NCBI RefSeq assembly: GCF_009914755.1
Contig: NC_060930.1
Length of the DNA stretch: 64,000 nucleotides
Direction: 5' to 3' (one strand)
DNA from: the human T2T-CHM13v2.0 reference genome, Homo sapiens
The translations under genes and the position numbers were made by a program. This document shows, one piece after another, positions 12,294 through 27,807 of the stretch. The notes beneath the pieces were generated by a model, which worked only from the letters and a program-made list of their open reading frames with translations, made no database searches and had not been told where the DNA came from. Each line of letters begins with the position of its first letter. The stretch's first letter is position 1.

Positions 12294-12812
12294 TAGGGTG
12301 ACGACACCCATGAGATATTAGTCCGTTTTCACACTGCTATCAAGAGCTACCCGAGACTGGGTAATTTATAAGGAAAAGAGGCTTAATTGAATCACAGTTC
12401 TGCAGACTTAACAGAAAGCATGACTGGGAGACATCAGGAAATTTACAATCATGGCAGAAGGCAAAGGGAAAGCCAGGGCCTTCTTCTCATGGTTGCAGGA
12501 GAGAGAGTGTGAGCGAGCGGGGAACTGCCACTCACTTTTAAATCATCAGATCCAATGAGAACTTACTAACACAAGAACAGCATGGGGGAATGGCCCCCAT
12601 AATCCAGTCACCTCACACAAGATCCCTCCCCCGACATGGGGATTACAGTTTGAGATGAGATTTGGGTGGGGTCACAGAGCCAAACCATATCACTTGATTT
12701 GCCTGGGATAACCTTGTCTTAGATGCCTATTGTCCTGGCATCATTATCAATAGCTCCTTCCCTTCATTATCAAAAGTGCTCAGATTTAGGTGTTAAAGTA
12801 TGTGGTCACCTG
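12294..12812 (-). mobile_element. MER94 hAT-Blackjack MITE split by an MST LTR
   Basis: TAGGGTGAC at 12294 and GGTCACC at 12804-12810; 12693-12812 matches MER94 body. Confidence 0.7.
12314..12692 (-). mobile_element. MSTA-like MaLR solo LTR
   Basis: tattagtccgttttcac...ccaaaccatatca; carries the MST-type cagttctgcag..acagaaagcatg segment; TSD catga/cttga. Confidence 0.9.
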
Positions 12813-14141
12813 CTTTTTGGAGATATTTCTGTGAGTTGAAGAAAGCCAGGAGGTGGTGCCACTTTGTAGAATGTGTCACCATGTAGCTCCCAGGGTAGAA
12901 CTGAGGAACCCTTCCTTGCTGAGGTGCCTGAAACAGATGCAGAGTGCTGAGTGGAGAACTCAGACTGTTCAGACTGGGGACGCAGAGCAGAATTGTGGGC
13001 TGGTAGCACCGGAAACATCATCACAACCCACAGAGTGGAGCCCAGGAGATTGGCCATGAGAGGGATGACTGAAAGGCCTGTGCATGGGAGAACATGTATA
13101 AGACACCCCACAAACCCCTGAATGTAAGGGGAAACTGAGTGGAGGCAGAGATCCGTGGTTTTGCTATTGGAAAGTGGCGGGGTTGTTGACCACATCTTTC
13201 CCAGCCTAGGGGACTGTCAAGCTCATCCCTTCATGCTCCCCAGGTGAATGTGGAGGTGTGTGCAGTGTAGGAATAGCATAGGAGCAGCGGCACAGGCTTC
13301 ACATCACTCTTGGACTTTCAAGTGATGCTCCCAGTGGAGGTCTTTCATCAGGCCCAGCCCCCAACCTCATTCTAGGCAATGTGTCCTTTCTGGCGGTCAG
13401 TTCCTAAGGACCTTCTGGTGGTCCCTTTACTTCTCCCTCCCAGTCTCCTGCCCACAACGCCAGTGAGAGATCAGGGTTACAGGAAACAGTTTCCCTTTCC
13501 TGCCTCTGATTTCCTCTCATCTAGACACTCTATCTAAACTCAAGAATTCCTTTTCCCTATGGCCTTATATTTCATCAAAATATACATATAAAGTAGAAAT
13601 ATTTTATACTTTTTGTTTTATTATATACTTAAATGTATGTATATGTATCTTATTTTTTATTAATATTTATATTGAAATATAAATTTATTTAAAATGTGAA
13701 GACAAATTCTGGACATACTCTCCACCTACCCTCATGACTCCCTAAAACACAGAGCCAACTTCCTGTTTAAATGGAAGAAAGAGAGATGGAAAATTATAAG
13801 GAGAAAAATAACACATTGATTTCCCATAACAAATTACCAGAAACAAAGTGACTTTAAAACAACACAAATTTATTATTTTTACATTTTGCAGGTCAGAAGT
13901 CTGGGTGGGTGCAGATGATTCCTCTGCTCTGGGTCTCACGAGTCCAGAATCAAGGTGTTGGCCACCCTAGCCTCTTATATGGAAGCTTGTGGGTGTGGCA
14001 GGGGAGGATCTGCTTCTAGGTTCATTCAGGCTATTGGCGCCAATCAGTTCCATGTGGCCATAGGTCCCTCTTTCCATCCTAGCTGTCAGCTGGATGTCAT
14101 TCTCTGCCTTTAAAGGCTGTTGGTCCCCAGCTCATAGCCCC

Positions 14142-15643
14142 TGTAATGGTTAATTTTATGTATCAACTTGACTGAGTAACAGGGCACCCAAATATTTGGC
14201 CAGACATCATTCCAGGTGTTTCTATGAGAATCGTATTGGATGCTCTTAGCATTTGAATCAATAGACTTAGTAAAGCAGATGGCCCTCCCTAATGAGGGTG
14301 GGCCTCATCCAATCAGTGGAAGGCCTAAAGAGAACAGAAGACTGACCCTCTCCAAAGTAAGAAAGAATTCCTCCTGCCTAATGCCTTAGAAATAGGACAT
14401 GGGCAAAGACATCATGACTAAAACACCAAAAGCAATTGCAACAAAAGCCAAAATTGACAAATGGGATCTAGTTAAACTAAAGAGCTTCTGCACAGCAAAA
14501 GAAACTATCATCAGAGTGAACAGGCAACCTAAAGAATAGGAGAAAATTTTTGCAATTTATCATCTGACAAAGGTCTAATATCTAGAGTCTACAAAGAACT
14601 TAAACAAATTTACAAGAAAAAACAACCCCATCAAAAAGTGGTTGAAGGATATGAACAGACACTTCTCAAAATAAGACATTTATGCCCCCAAGAAACATAT
14701 GAAAAAAAGCTCATCATCACTGGTCATGAGAGACATGCAAATCAAAACCGCAGTGAAATACCATCTCATACCAATGAGAATGGTGATTATTAAAAAGTCA
14801 GGAAACAACAGATGCTGGTGAGGCTATGGAGAAATAGGAATGCTTTTACACTGTTGGTGGGAGTATAAACTAGTTCAACCATTGTGGAAGACAATGTGGC
14901 AATTCCTCAAGGATCTAGAACCAGAAATACCATTTGACCCAGCAATCCCATTACTGGGTATATATCCAAAGGATTATAAATCATTCTACTATAAAGACAC
15001 ATGTACAAGTATGTTTATAGCAGCACTATTTACAATAGCAAAGACTTGGAACCAACCCAAATGTCCATCAATGGTAGACTGGATAAAGAAAATGTGGCAC
15101 ATGTACACCATGGAATACTATGCAGCCATGAAGAAGAATGAGTTCATGACCTTTGCAGAGACATGGATGAAGCTGGAAACCATCATTCTCAGCAAACTAA
15201 CACAGGAACAGAAAACCAAACGTCACATGTTCTCACTCATAAGTGGGAGTTGAACAATGAGAACACATGGACACAGAGAGGGGAATATCACACACTGGGG
15301 CCTGTCAGGAGGTTGGAGGCAAGGGGAGGGAGAGCATTAGGAGAAATACCTAATGCATTCAGGGCTTAAAACCTAGATGACAGGTTGATAAGTGCAGCAA
15401 ACCACCATGGCACATGTATGCCTATGTAACAAACCTGCACGTTCTGCACGTGTATCCCAGAATGTAAAGTAAAAGAAAAAAAAAAAAAGAAAGAAAAAAG
15501 ACATGGGTTTTTTTTTCTTGCATGCAGACTCAAACTAAAATACTGGCTCTTCCTGTGTCTCTAGCTTGCCAACTCACTCTGCAAGTCTTGGGACTTGTCA
15601 GCCTCCATAATTATTTAAGCTGATTTCTTATAATAAATCTCTC
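14142..15643 (+). mobile_element. MLT2 (C/D-like) ERVL LTR (pieces 14142-14403 and 15508-15643), 3'-truncated
   Basis: tgtaatggttaattttatgtatcaacttgactg start; gggcctcatccaatcag; cttgggacttgtcagcctccataat. Confidence 0.85.
14404..15491 (+). mobile_element. 5'-truncated L1PA7/8-like LINE (ORF2 C-terminus, 3'UTR, poly(A))
   Basis: ORF 14840-15253 is the L1 ORF2 C-terminus (HCWWE...YPKDYKS); A tail; TSD agaaataggacatggg/agaaaaaagacatggg. Confidence 0.95.
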
Positions 15644-17177
15644 TTCATCTTCAAAGCCTGCAACAGTGGGCTGTAGTCCCTTTCACATGTTGAATCTCTT
15701 TCACTTCCTTTTCTGATGAATCTTTCTTTGCTTACAAATGGAGAAAGTTCTCTGCTTTTAAGGCCTTATGTGATTAGATTGGTTCCTCCCAATAATCTCC
15801 CTATTTTAAAGTCCAAAGCCTTAATTTCATCTGCAAAGTCTCTTTCCCTATATAATACAGCATAACCAAGGTGTATCAACAGAGAGTATGTCACAGGAGC
15901 CAAGATTCTGATTACCCGCAACTTAGTATCTCAAGAGTAGCCAGCTACACTACCCTTCTTGTAGCTCCTTGTTCAACCCCAGCCAAAGGGGAAACCCTGA
16001 AGAAACAAGTGAAGAAATATAAAATGGAAAACACCCAAAGCACATGCTGAGGTGAGGATCAAATAAGGATGGTTGAAGAGTTCAGCGGAGAGTGTTGAAA
16101 CTTTGCATACAAAACAGGCGGTGTAGAGCCACATCCCTACAGCCCTTGTCTAATGTTTGCATAATCCCTTCTCAGAGGAGGCCACCGCAGTCCCTTAGCA
16201 GTCACAGATGTTATAGAGAGCAGCCAGGAGCAAAAAACACAGTCCTCATTCTTAAAGGACCAGCCTAGGAAGAGAATGGGAAGACAGAGCAGAGGAATGA
16301 ATCAGAAACCAGCAAGACATAGGAGAGAAGTGGTGCCAGATTGGGAATGATGTTTACTGAGTCTTCGATGTCTTTTCTTTTTTTCTTTTAATTTTTTTTT
16401 TGGTGATGTATAAATTTAAATGCACAGAGTGAGCGTGAATATGAGCATATATGACATCCCAATTAACCTTGGTGACTCTCTAGCACTGAGAAGCCACTTT
16501 AACCTTAATGCCAGCTGGTGACCTTGCCCTGAATCTTCAGAAATTGCTCCCCTAGCTGGACCGGGTGTCCTCAGCTGCCATGAAGTTGCTGGGGCAAACT
16601 GGTAGGAGACAGTGGAGCTGAAAGAGGAGAGGGGATGATAGACAGAAATCTTGGAGCAATATCCACGTTCTTTAACTCAAATTGACTATATAAACTAGAA
16701 GCTTGAAAGTAGAGGTCAATGTGTTCTCAGGACAGTTATTAAAATTGTATTCTCAGTCTTCTCCCATCCAGTATTGCAAAGCTGTTTTTGTAGTAAAGAA
16801 AGCAATTCATGTTTCATATCTGTTGTCATTATAAAAGAAGTCACAGCTACAAGTCTAGACTTTTATGTTTATTTCAAAAGGACTTGTCCTTATGAAATAA
16901 TCATTGTTTTATGCCAGCTCTGCTTTATTGATCTACTATGTACCTGAAATTATTTAGATCAGGGAAATAAGACTTTCTTCTCTTTCCAGCATGCAGGGAA
17001 AAATTGTCCTAGACTCCTGAGAATATTATAAACATCTGATATTAGAAACACATTGGAGTTATATTTTTTATTTATTAAGATCAGTTTCATATATGCCCCA
17101 TATTGAAAGATTTTACTACTTCCCTCATTAAGAAAAAAAGTTATACCTTCAATTGTGAGTCATTTTTGTTTCTACAA

Positions 17178-17335
17178 AGTAAGAAGGAAAAAGAGAGGGC
17201 AAAGTGAAGGAGGAGGAAAAGGAGGAAGAGGAAGAAGAGGGGAGTAAAGAGAAGGGAGAGGGAGTAAAGAAAGGGAGGAGGGAAAGATGCAAGGAGAGAA
17301 AGAGACAGGGAAGGAAAAAGAAAAAGGAGAAGAAA
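17178..17335 (+). repeat. Purine-rich low-complexity tract
   Basis: Almost only G/A. Confidence 0.9.
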
Positions 17336-17618
17336 TTATTTATAGTTATCTGGATTTTATAGTTCTCCTGTGAGCTGGTGGTCCATATGAGGAAGCACAG
17401 GGGTTAAAAAATTTATGGCAATGATTGTGGAGTCACCAGTTAGTGAGCACTGGCCTGGAGGGAAAATTCTTATATTCTCTAGCCTCAGCTTTTAATGGCA
17501 CTTCCATGATTCATTGTCTTATAACCAAATAATTTTGGGGGAAGTTCATGGCAGATGTCCTTGGCTATAAATGATTTTTATATGCTCTAGGAATCACTTC
17601 TTTTTATCTGTCTTACAG

Positions 17619-17681
17619 ATGAAAATGTAAAATGTAGCTTTCAGGTGCTAATGTACTACATTCGTTAATATTGATAGGAAG
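17619..17681 (+). other. Candidate 63-nt non-coding exon
   Basis: Acceptor ttctttttatctgtcttacag and donor GAAG|GTAAGC; stops in all three frames. Confidence 0.3.
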
Positions 17682-18261
17682 GTAAGCCCTCTGTGACTCA
17701 ATATTAACCTTTAATATTTATTTTATTACTTATGCAAGATAATTTAAAGACCCATATTTTCTGTTGATGAGTGTGAATTGCACTTTTTTCTTGCTTTGCC
17801 TTCCTAAGACTATCTGGCTGTTGTCAGAAAGGGTAGCCAGTTCTATTGGGGTGTGAGAAGGAGGCCTCTGCATGAGAAGCCCGTGTTGGCTGATTTATGT
17901 TTAATGCTTTCTCCAAACACTATAATTCACCCAAATTAGATTTTGAACATATTTTTTGCCCGATGTGAAGTATCTCCTTTTTTTTGGTTACTTGCTGGAA
18001 CAGAATTCTAAACTGTTACCCTTTCAATGTCTCCCAATGTTTCTTCAGAGGTTTTTTATGTATTGAACAAAAAGTTTTCAATCCAGGTCAGAAGGATCAT
18101 TTCTTATGTCATCTCCTAAGAGTTTTATAATTTTGCATTTTACTCTAAGTCTTTAATACACCTGAAATTGATTCTTATTTATGGTATAAGGTAAACATCT
18201 AATTCCATTTTTTAAATGACCCATTTAAAAGTTAGTCCCAGATTATTTATTGAAAATTTGC

Positions 18262-19940
<1,679 letters not shown>

Positions 19941-20984
19941 AGTCATGTTCTGCCCATTGGTCAGCAGCAATAAGTCATATCTCCCAGGTTTATGCTCCCA
20001 AACCACACAATCTTAATCAAATGTTTCATCATAATCCCTGATTTCTGGTAAATTGAGTTCCCCACTCTTTGTTTTTTCTTTTTAAGATATATATTTTTTC
20101 TTGTCCTTTTGTTTCTCCATATACATTTTAGAATCAGTTTATTTTGTTCAACAAACAAACAGACAAAATCTGCCAGGATTTGGATTGGAATTGATTGATA
20201 GATCCATTTGTTAAAAATTAGCCTTATTATAATTTTGAGTCATCCTATTTCTGAACATGAGATATCTATTTTGGGGAGAGAGGAGTCTTTAAAGTTTTCA
20301 AATAAAGTTTTAAGATTTTTCTATAAAGTACCAAAGTAGCTGGATTTATTCTTAGGAAATTTATATTTTGATACTATTATAATAGTATCTTTTAAAACTA
20401 AATTTCCCAATGTATAGAAGAAATACAATTTATATTTAAATCCAAACAACTCTGAGGAACCCAAATTACCCAGGCCATTCACTTTCTTAATAATTGTAAT
20501 ACTTTTTCTGTAAATTCTGGGATATTTTGATATAGACCATCGTACAGTCAGCTAATAATGTTAATTTTATTTCTTCCCTTCTAATTCTTTTCTTTCTTTC
20601 TTACCTTACTGTGCTGTATCCACTTCCAGTTCCACACTTAATAGAAATTAATGTGGGTACTTTTTGATGTTCTTCATCTTAAAGGGACTATTTCTAACAT
20701 ATCACATTAAGTATAATGTTTAATTTATTCTGAGAGTCACATTTTTCCCATCTTCTCTAACATCATTTTGCTAAAAATCTGAATGTTACCCAACACTTTT
20801 TAATGAAATTATTGGGATCATCATGTTATTTTTCTGTTTTGATCTGCTAATATGATAAAATATATTAATAGATTGTCCTATGTTAAACTACCTTCGCACA
20901 TCTGAGATAAACGCAACATGGTCATCATTTATGTTCTTTGCTGTATTCAGTTTGCTAATATATTTAAGATTTTTACATCTATTA

Positions 20985-21428
20985 TGTATTAATTAGGCTA
21001 GAAACTAAGCTGCTATAACAAACAAAACCAACATATATAGCACACATAAGACAGACATTTACTTTTCTCTCTGGCACAGGTAATAGTCTGGAATAGGGGA
21101 GTGGTTTGTGGCTGGTAGAGTTGCCTTGTGTATTCAGTACTTAGCTTCCAAGTCATCATTATTTCTCTGCCAGTTCAAAGAAGGGCAGAGAATCCTGAAC
21201 AGTCTTCATAAAAAGACGACCAGGAAATTGCCCTCCCCCTACCCATTCATATCTCATTCACCCAAAGCTAACTCCATGGCTACAGATACCTGAAAGTCAA
21301 ACAGAAAAATATTTTCTGTGGCGTGGTGTCCATGAACCCAGGTTGTATGAAGTTCTGTGTGAATGCCCATCACTAAAAGAAACAAAGGGCAACTTAAAGG
21401 TGGGAGATAGTTAACAGTTTCCAACACA
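20985..21428 (-). mobile_element. Old MLT1 (I/J/K-type) solo LTR
   Basis: tgtattaattagg...gctgctataacaaac start, ..caacaca end; interrupts L1ME; TSD tatta/tatgg. Confidence 0.6.
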
Positions 21429-21844
21429 TATGGTCATGAGAAAGACTGAACTCTAATTTTGTTTGTTGTACTATCCTCAACTTGGGTTTTGACATGAAGA
21501 TCATATTAGCTTCCACCCCACCCCCCACCAAAAAAAATTAGTTTGATAAATATTCCATCTCTTCCTACCCTTTGGTATAATGTGGGTGACTTTGTAACTT
21601 TAAAACAAATGCGGTAGGACTTATGAGTAATAAGTACTACCTGGTGTTTTCTTTATTTAATGATTCTGAATGCTCACTAGATACGATAATATAAGCCCTT
21701 CTATTTATTCTTGAGTCAGTTTTGGGGGATATTGAATGTTTTGATATTCAACATCATCATTATAATTTTGTTTAAATATTCTCTAAATGTTATCACAATT
21801 TCTTCTGTAACCCTTGATGTTCTTTTTAGAAGAAGAACATTTCC

Positions 21845-23085
21845 ATAAATGCAAAATTCAAAATACCATCTGTAGTATGCTACCTCTTGTATAAGAAGAG
21901 GAAATTAGAAAACCAGTCAGGTATCTGCTTTTAATTTCAAAAACAACACAGGAAAGATAAATCATCAATGTTTTACTTCAAAGTAGTTTGTCACCTACAA
22001 GTGGTAATGAGAAGCAGAGTGGAAAAAATTTGGAGAGAAGTGACATTTCTCTTAATATACCTTTCTTGGTACAGTTTTTACTTTTGGAGGCATGTTAATG
22101 TTTTATATACTCAAAAGAATAAAATCAACTAGGTTGGGAAGGGAGGAAAAAATAAAGTTAAAAGCAAATAGAAACAAATTAACCTAATTTATTTCAAATG
22201 AATACTATAACCACACTGAAAGAAAATTTAAAAGAACTAAGTAACTCACGAAAACAGTATATGACTGTATATTGTCTGTCTAGGGAAAAGTCGTGGCACA
22301 AGAGCTTCAAACAAATCTGTCATTCTTTTTAGTTTATTTTGTTTTCTATGGTGGCATACATAAAGCAATTGTGAAACAATTTATGTTATGGGATCCAACA
22401 GGCAAGTAAGTGTGTCAATTTTGTTGGGAGCCAGGTTTGTCATTATGAAAGAAGGGACATACAAATATGTAATGAGGGTGAACAAGAAAGAACCCTGTGA
22501 GGCCAGATGCAGTGGCTCACGCCTATAATCCTAGCATTTTGAGAGGCCAAAGCGGGCAGATTGCTTGAGCTCAGGAGTTTGAGACTAACCCCAGCAACAT
22601 AGTGAAAACTCATCTCTACTAAAAATACAAAACCTAGCCAGGCGTGGTGATGTGCACCTGTAGTGCCAGTAACTTATGGGGCTGAGACAGGAGGATTGCT
22701 TGAACCCAGGAGGTCAAGGCTGCAGTGAGCCAAGATCACACCGCTGCACTCCAGCCTGCATGACAGAGTGAGACCCTGTCTCAAAAAAAGAAAGAACCCT
22801 GTGGGATGGATTGGAATGTAGCAATCAGTGTAAATTCATAATTTCTACAATAAGCATACTTGTGTAGGTAATGCATGTAATATGAGCGTATGCATACATG
22901 TCTGTGTCCACATAGGTATATATTTGCCTGTGTGTATATATACGCAGATATTTTCTAGCTCTATTCAATAAAAAGGCCTAGAAACAAAGGCATCCCAGTA
23001 ACTATGAACACACCTAGCACTCTAATCTTAGATTCTAATGCTGTGCCTCACTAAAAGAAACCATGGCTCTGTTGAACAAGGACTC
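21845..23085 (+). mobile_element. L1MD/L1MC-type 3'UTR fragment
   Basis: atttcaaatgaatactataaccacactgaa; catcccagtaactatgaacacacctagc. Confidence 0.6.
22501..22787 (+). mobile_element. AluJb-like
   Basis: gattgcttgagctcagg, ggaggtcaaggctgcag, gaccctgtctc; perfect 16-bp TSD aagaaagaaccctgtg (22484-22499/22788-22803). Confidence 0.95.
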
Positions 23086-23111
23086 ACTACATTACTTTAA
23101 GAAGTAAACTC

Positions 23112-23845
23112 TGGGAAAAGAAAAACTTTTGACAAATTAAACTTAACAGAATTTATTTGAGCAAAAAATGATTCATGAACCAAGCAGCACTCAGAATCAG
23201 AAGAGGTTCAAAGAGCTCCACCCAGGAGCATGAGAAGTGAGCCTCCATAGGCTGAACATGGAAGCCAAGTAGAGAACACATCTGATTTGTTACAGCAAGG
23301 TGTTTGCCTTATTTGGATATGGTCTGATGAGTTGGCTGTCTGTGATTGGCTAAAGCACTGCTGCTTATGATTGGCTGAGACCTGTTTTTTTTTTTTTACA
23401 TAAGTTAGACTCCTAAGTTAGATTCCAGTTTGTTTCAGTACTACCTTAGGTTGCAGTTTCTCTTTATTCTTTTTTTTTTTTTTTTTTTTTTTGAGACCAA
23501 GTCTAGCTCTGTCACCCAGGCTGGAGTGCAGTGGCGCAATCTCGGCTCACTGCAACCTCTGCCTCCTGGTTCACATGGTTCTCCTGCCTCAGCCTCCTGA
23601 GGAGCTGGGATTACAGGTGCGTGCCACCACGCCCAGCTAATTTTTGTATTTTTAGTAGAGACGGGGTTTTACCATGTTGGTCAGGCTGATCTTGAATTCC
23701 TGACCTCGTGATCTGCCTGCCTCGGCCTCCCAAAGTGCTGGGATTACAGGCCTGAGCCACCATGCCCGGCCAGATTGCAGTTTCTTATACAGAAACTTAA
23801 AGTATGGAGACAGTCTTGGGCCAGTGGCCTCCTGCTTATTTAACA
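23112..23845 (-). mobile_element. MER57-group ERV1 solo LTR split by an Alu
   Basis: Reverse strand starts TGTTAAATAAGCAGGAGGCC; tandem CCAAT boxes; 4-bp TSD ACTC (23108-23111/23846-23849). Confidence 0.75.
23462..23771 (-). mobile_element. AluSg-like
   Basis: tgacctcgtgatc diagnostic; TSD aggttgcagtttct/agattgcagtttct. Confidence 0.95.
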
Positions 23846-25429
23846 ACTCTCAGTCATGTTTTTATTTGCAGGTTATTTGATTCATCACTCCCCAACTCCA
23901 TTGTTTTTAGAATATTATATTTGTCTTTGGTATTGTGCAATTTTCTATCATGTATTTAGGTTTAACTGTATTTATTTATACTACTTAGTATAAATAGCAC
24001 AAAATGGTATATAAATGTTACAAATACATATTTAGTGTAAAATGAGGAAATTAGTAATTAATTCTTCAAATGTTGCTTCTGCCCCATTTTTTCTTCTCTT
24101 TCTGGATTGCCAGTATGATACGCTTTTTACCTTCTCTGTTATCTGTTACTTGTTTTTTAGATTTCTCTTCTCTTTGTCTCCATTTTATTCTGGATAATTT
24201 CTACAGTTCTAGTTTCAAATTCATTAATTCTCTCTAAGCTACGTATAAAAACTCTTATTAACTGAATTTTTACTTCCAAAGACACTTTCTACAGTATCTT
24301 GTAGTTCTATTTGTTTGCTTCTTTTTCAAATATTTGCTCTTTTTTTAAAAAAGTCTCTTGATCTTTTTATTCATGTCTTCAAACTTGCTGGGAGTTTTTT
24401 TTACCTATTAAACATAATTATTTTACATTCTGTGCTTGACAATTCTAATACCTGAAAACTTGCAGATCTTATTTTACCCTGTTTTCTTACCTAATGCTTG
24501 TGCTCTTGCTGTGGTTTTGTGATTTTTTTCATTCAGTCTCATGAGGGGAGTGTAATTTCTGGTTCGCCCTACAGTATGCAGGTAGACAATTCAGATGCCT
24601 CCTATTGCAGGATCTCATATGGGAGATCTTGGATGAACTCTGGCTTTCTTTGTCTTCTGCTCTGTACATTTCATTAATTTGTGAAAATGGATGCTAAGTT
24701 TCATTCTGATGGTAAATTCCCTTGAAACCAAGGTCATCTTTAGTGCTTGGCTTACCTTTTTGGGTTCTTGCTTTAACTTGGTTTTGACCTTTCAGTCATA
24801 AAGTATTTTTAGGATTTTATTTTGAATTTTTAGTTGTTTTCAACAGGAGGGTTAGTCAAGATATCTGGCCCACCATACAGTTGGAAAGAAATTTTACAAG
24901 TCACCTGTATATATTTTAGTCAACCTTATATATTTATGGTTTATACATTATTTTATTTTAAAAAAACTTAAAATGTACAGATAAAATACCACCTTACCTA
25001 ACATGTTCATGTCACATTGAAGAAAGAGTAGCAATATCAGGGCCAGATCTCACTTCTCCCAACCCCTGCTTTAACGTCTTTCTACAACCAAGGAGTTGGC
25101 AATAAGAAGGGGTTAGGAGGGAGGTGTTAATCCAGGGCCTGAGATTTAATGCCATTGTAAGTGGAGATTGTGAACATAATGCTCCTGGGCATGTGGACAC
25201 ACCTTCTGTCCCTGTGCAACTTCTGCTGCCTTGAAACTCTCAGACCCAATTTTCATTCTAGGTGCTTTCTTAAGACAAACCCTCAGTCTGGGAAATTCAC
25301 CAAAACTCTGTTTCACGTACAAACATACACTTGATTTCCACCAATGATAATATTTGGTTAGACTCACTTTTTCATTAAATATGTATATCTCTAGCATGAA
25401 ACAATGTAAATCATAATTAAATAATATTT

Positions 25430-25725
25430 TCTGATGATTCTGTGTGCATCATTGTCTTTAACAAATGTGTATTACCCATTGAATGGTTGTATCATAGTTT
25501 GACCAGCATTTTGTTTTTAGTACATTCATGTTGCTTCCAGCTCTTTTCCCTTACAAACTGAGCCTCTGTGAATGCCTCTATACTTCATCTTTACTTAGTA
25601 TCTTTAATTATTTGCTCAGGATAAATTCTCAGAATTTAAATTGTGAGGTCATAGGGCATGCGTATTTTTAAGGCTTGATAGGTCCTACCCACATGGCTCT
25701 CTGAGGAGCTGTGCGAGTTTACCTT
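25430..25725 (-). mobile_element. L1ME fragment
   Basis: ggataaattctcagaatttaaattgtgaggtcatagggcatg. Confidence 0.5.
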
Positions 25726-27088
25726 CGACGATGGCCCACAGAAACGTAACGATGGTGGCTAGCTTTTTAAAGGTGATGTATTCAGAGCTGATCCTTTGAT
25801 TAATTTCTAATAAAAAATTTTCACAAGATTTTTTGGTCTGGCTCTTTCCCTAGTCTAAAATTTATGAAAGGTATGGTATAGCACTCTCAGTATTATGCCT
25901 GCTTAAAGATCTTACAAAATATCCAGGCTTCCCTTTTCCTTTCACTTTATAAAAATTTAGTATCTGAGAGTTACTGCACTTTCTCAAATTACAGACACAT
26001 CTTTGCTTTGACAAAACCCTAACCGTCACATGCTGACTAGCAGTCTGTGGTATTTTCATAATTAATTTGAACTAAATAGCCGTGTCACAGTAAATGCACA
26101 GACTATTTTCCTATTGTTATCTCCTCGACTTATCGTTTGTCCACAGATCCACTGGTGGTAATTCATAGTGAGAACCCTGTCACTAATGTGCTCTAGCAAA
26201 AGTATAGCTTTTCCGACACTAATTCTGCTTGGATCTGGTCACGTGAGAATCCAGGGATATGATTTCTAGCAGATAACATTGAAATATTGATCTTATAAAG
26301 TAAACTGGAGGCTGGCCACACAGCATGGTTTTAAATTTGTTTCCCCTTAATAGGAGACAGGTTTTTTGTTCATTAGATCTCTTGCTGTCCTAGGGTTAGA
26401 CCCCACTGCCTAGCTCCTCCTGCTGTTGTGATTATGCTGTGTAAAATGACATTTCTATATAAAGAGCTTTTGGCTGGGGGCAGCATACCAGCTAGTGTAG
26501 ATTTGAAATGGCTATTTCTTTCTCACCATGAATGGAAAGATATTTTAAGCATATGTAACTCCTGCACGAGCTAACATCTGTCAATTGCACCATGTACAAC
26601 TTCATCAGCTGGGAATTAAAACCCATTCATAATACTCCTGTTTGCAAACTTCTGTCTTTGAGGTTATTGAGGCTGTACATTCTACTGCAAAAGAAGAAAG
26701 GGCTAGGATGCCAAAGAGAGCCTCAAATTTTAAAGTTAATAGTTGAAAATTGCATGGGGGTGGGAATTGCATGAAAGCCAGTTTTCTGAGTAGAAGTTGG
26801 GAAACTTGGATGTGGAACCTGTTCAAATCATTCCTGATCTTATCAAAGCTTATCTTTTCTTAAACATTGGAAGGATTTTTTGGGTGGTTTATGTTGTTTA
26901 TTTGGTTACAATGAGGACCTTTCATAAAGATTTTATGTTGACTTTCCTTGTGGATTTCAGCCTAACAATATCGAAAATATTAAATTTAGAGGGGATCGAT
27001 CTCATAAAAACTGAGTCAGAAAAAGGAGGCCAATTATTACTCTTAATTTGGTATGAAATTGTAACCAGACTCATAAATATCTATGTGA

Positions 27089-27758
<670 letters not shown>

Positions 27759-27807
27759 AGAGAGAATTTACCCACTGAGAACAAGATTTTAGAGAATCTG
27801 CTTCTGC

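Larger units (their letters stand above)
13815..15920 (-). mobile_element. MLT1D/E-like MaLR LTR (pieces 13815-14141 and 15641-15920)
   Basis: cataacaaattacc...aatcaaggtgttggcc...; resumes with ctcttcatcttcaaagcc after nested elements. Confidence 0.8.

Noticed and set aside
12840-13200. GC-richer stretch that may be an old LTR
   Set aside because: Could not match termini or a consensus
14840-15253. 137-aa ORF
   Set aside because: C-terminus of L1 ORF2 in a truncated element, not a gene; the same applies to 19354-19617 and the Alu/THE1-derived ORFs
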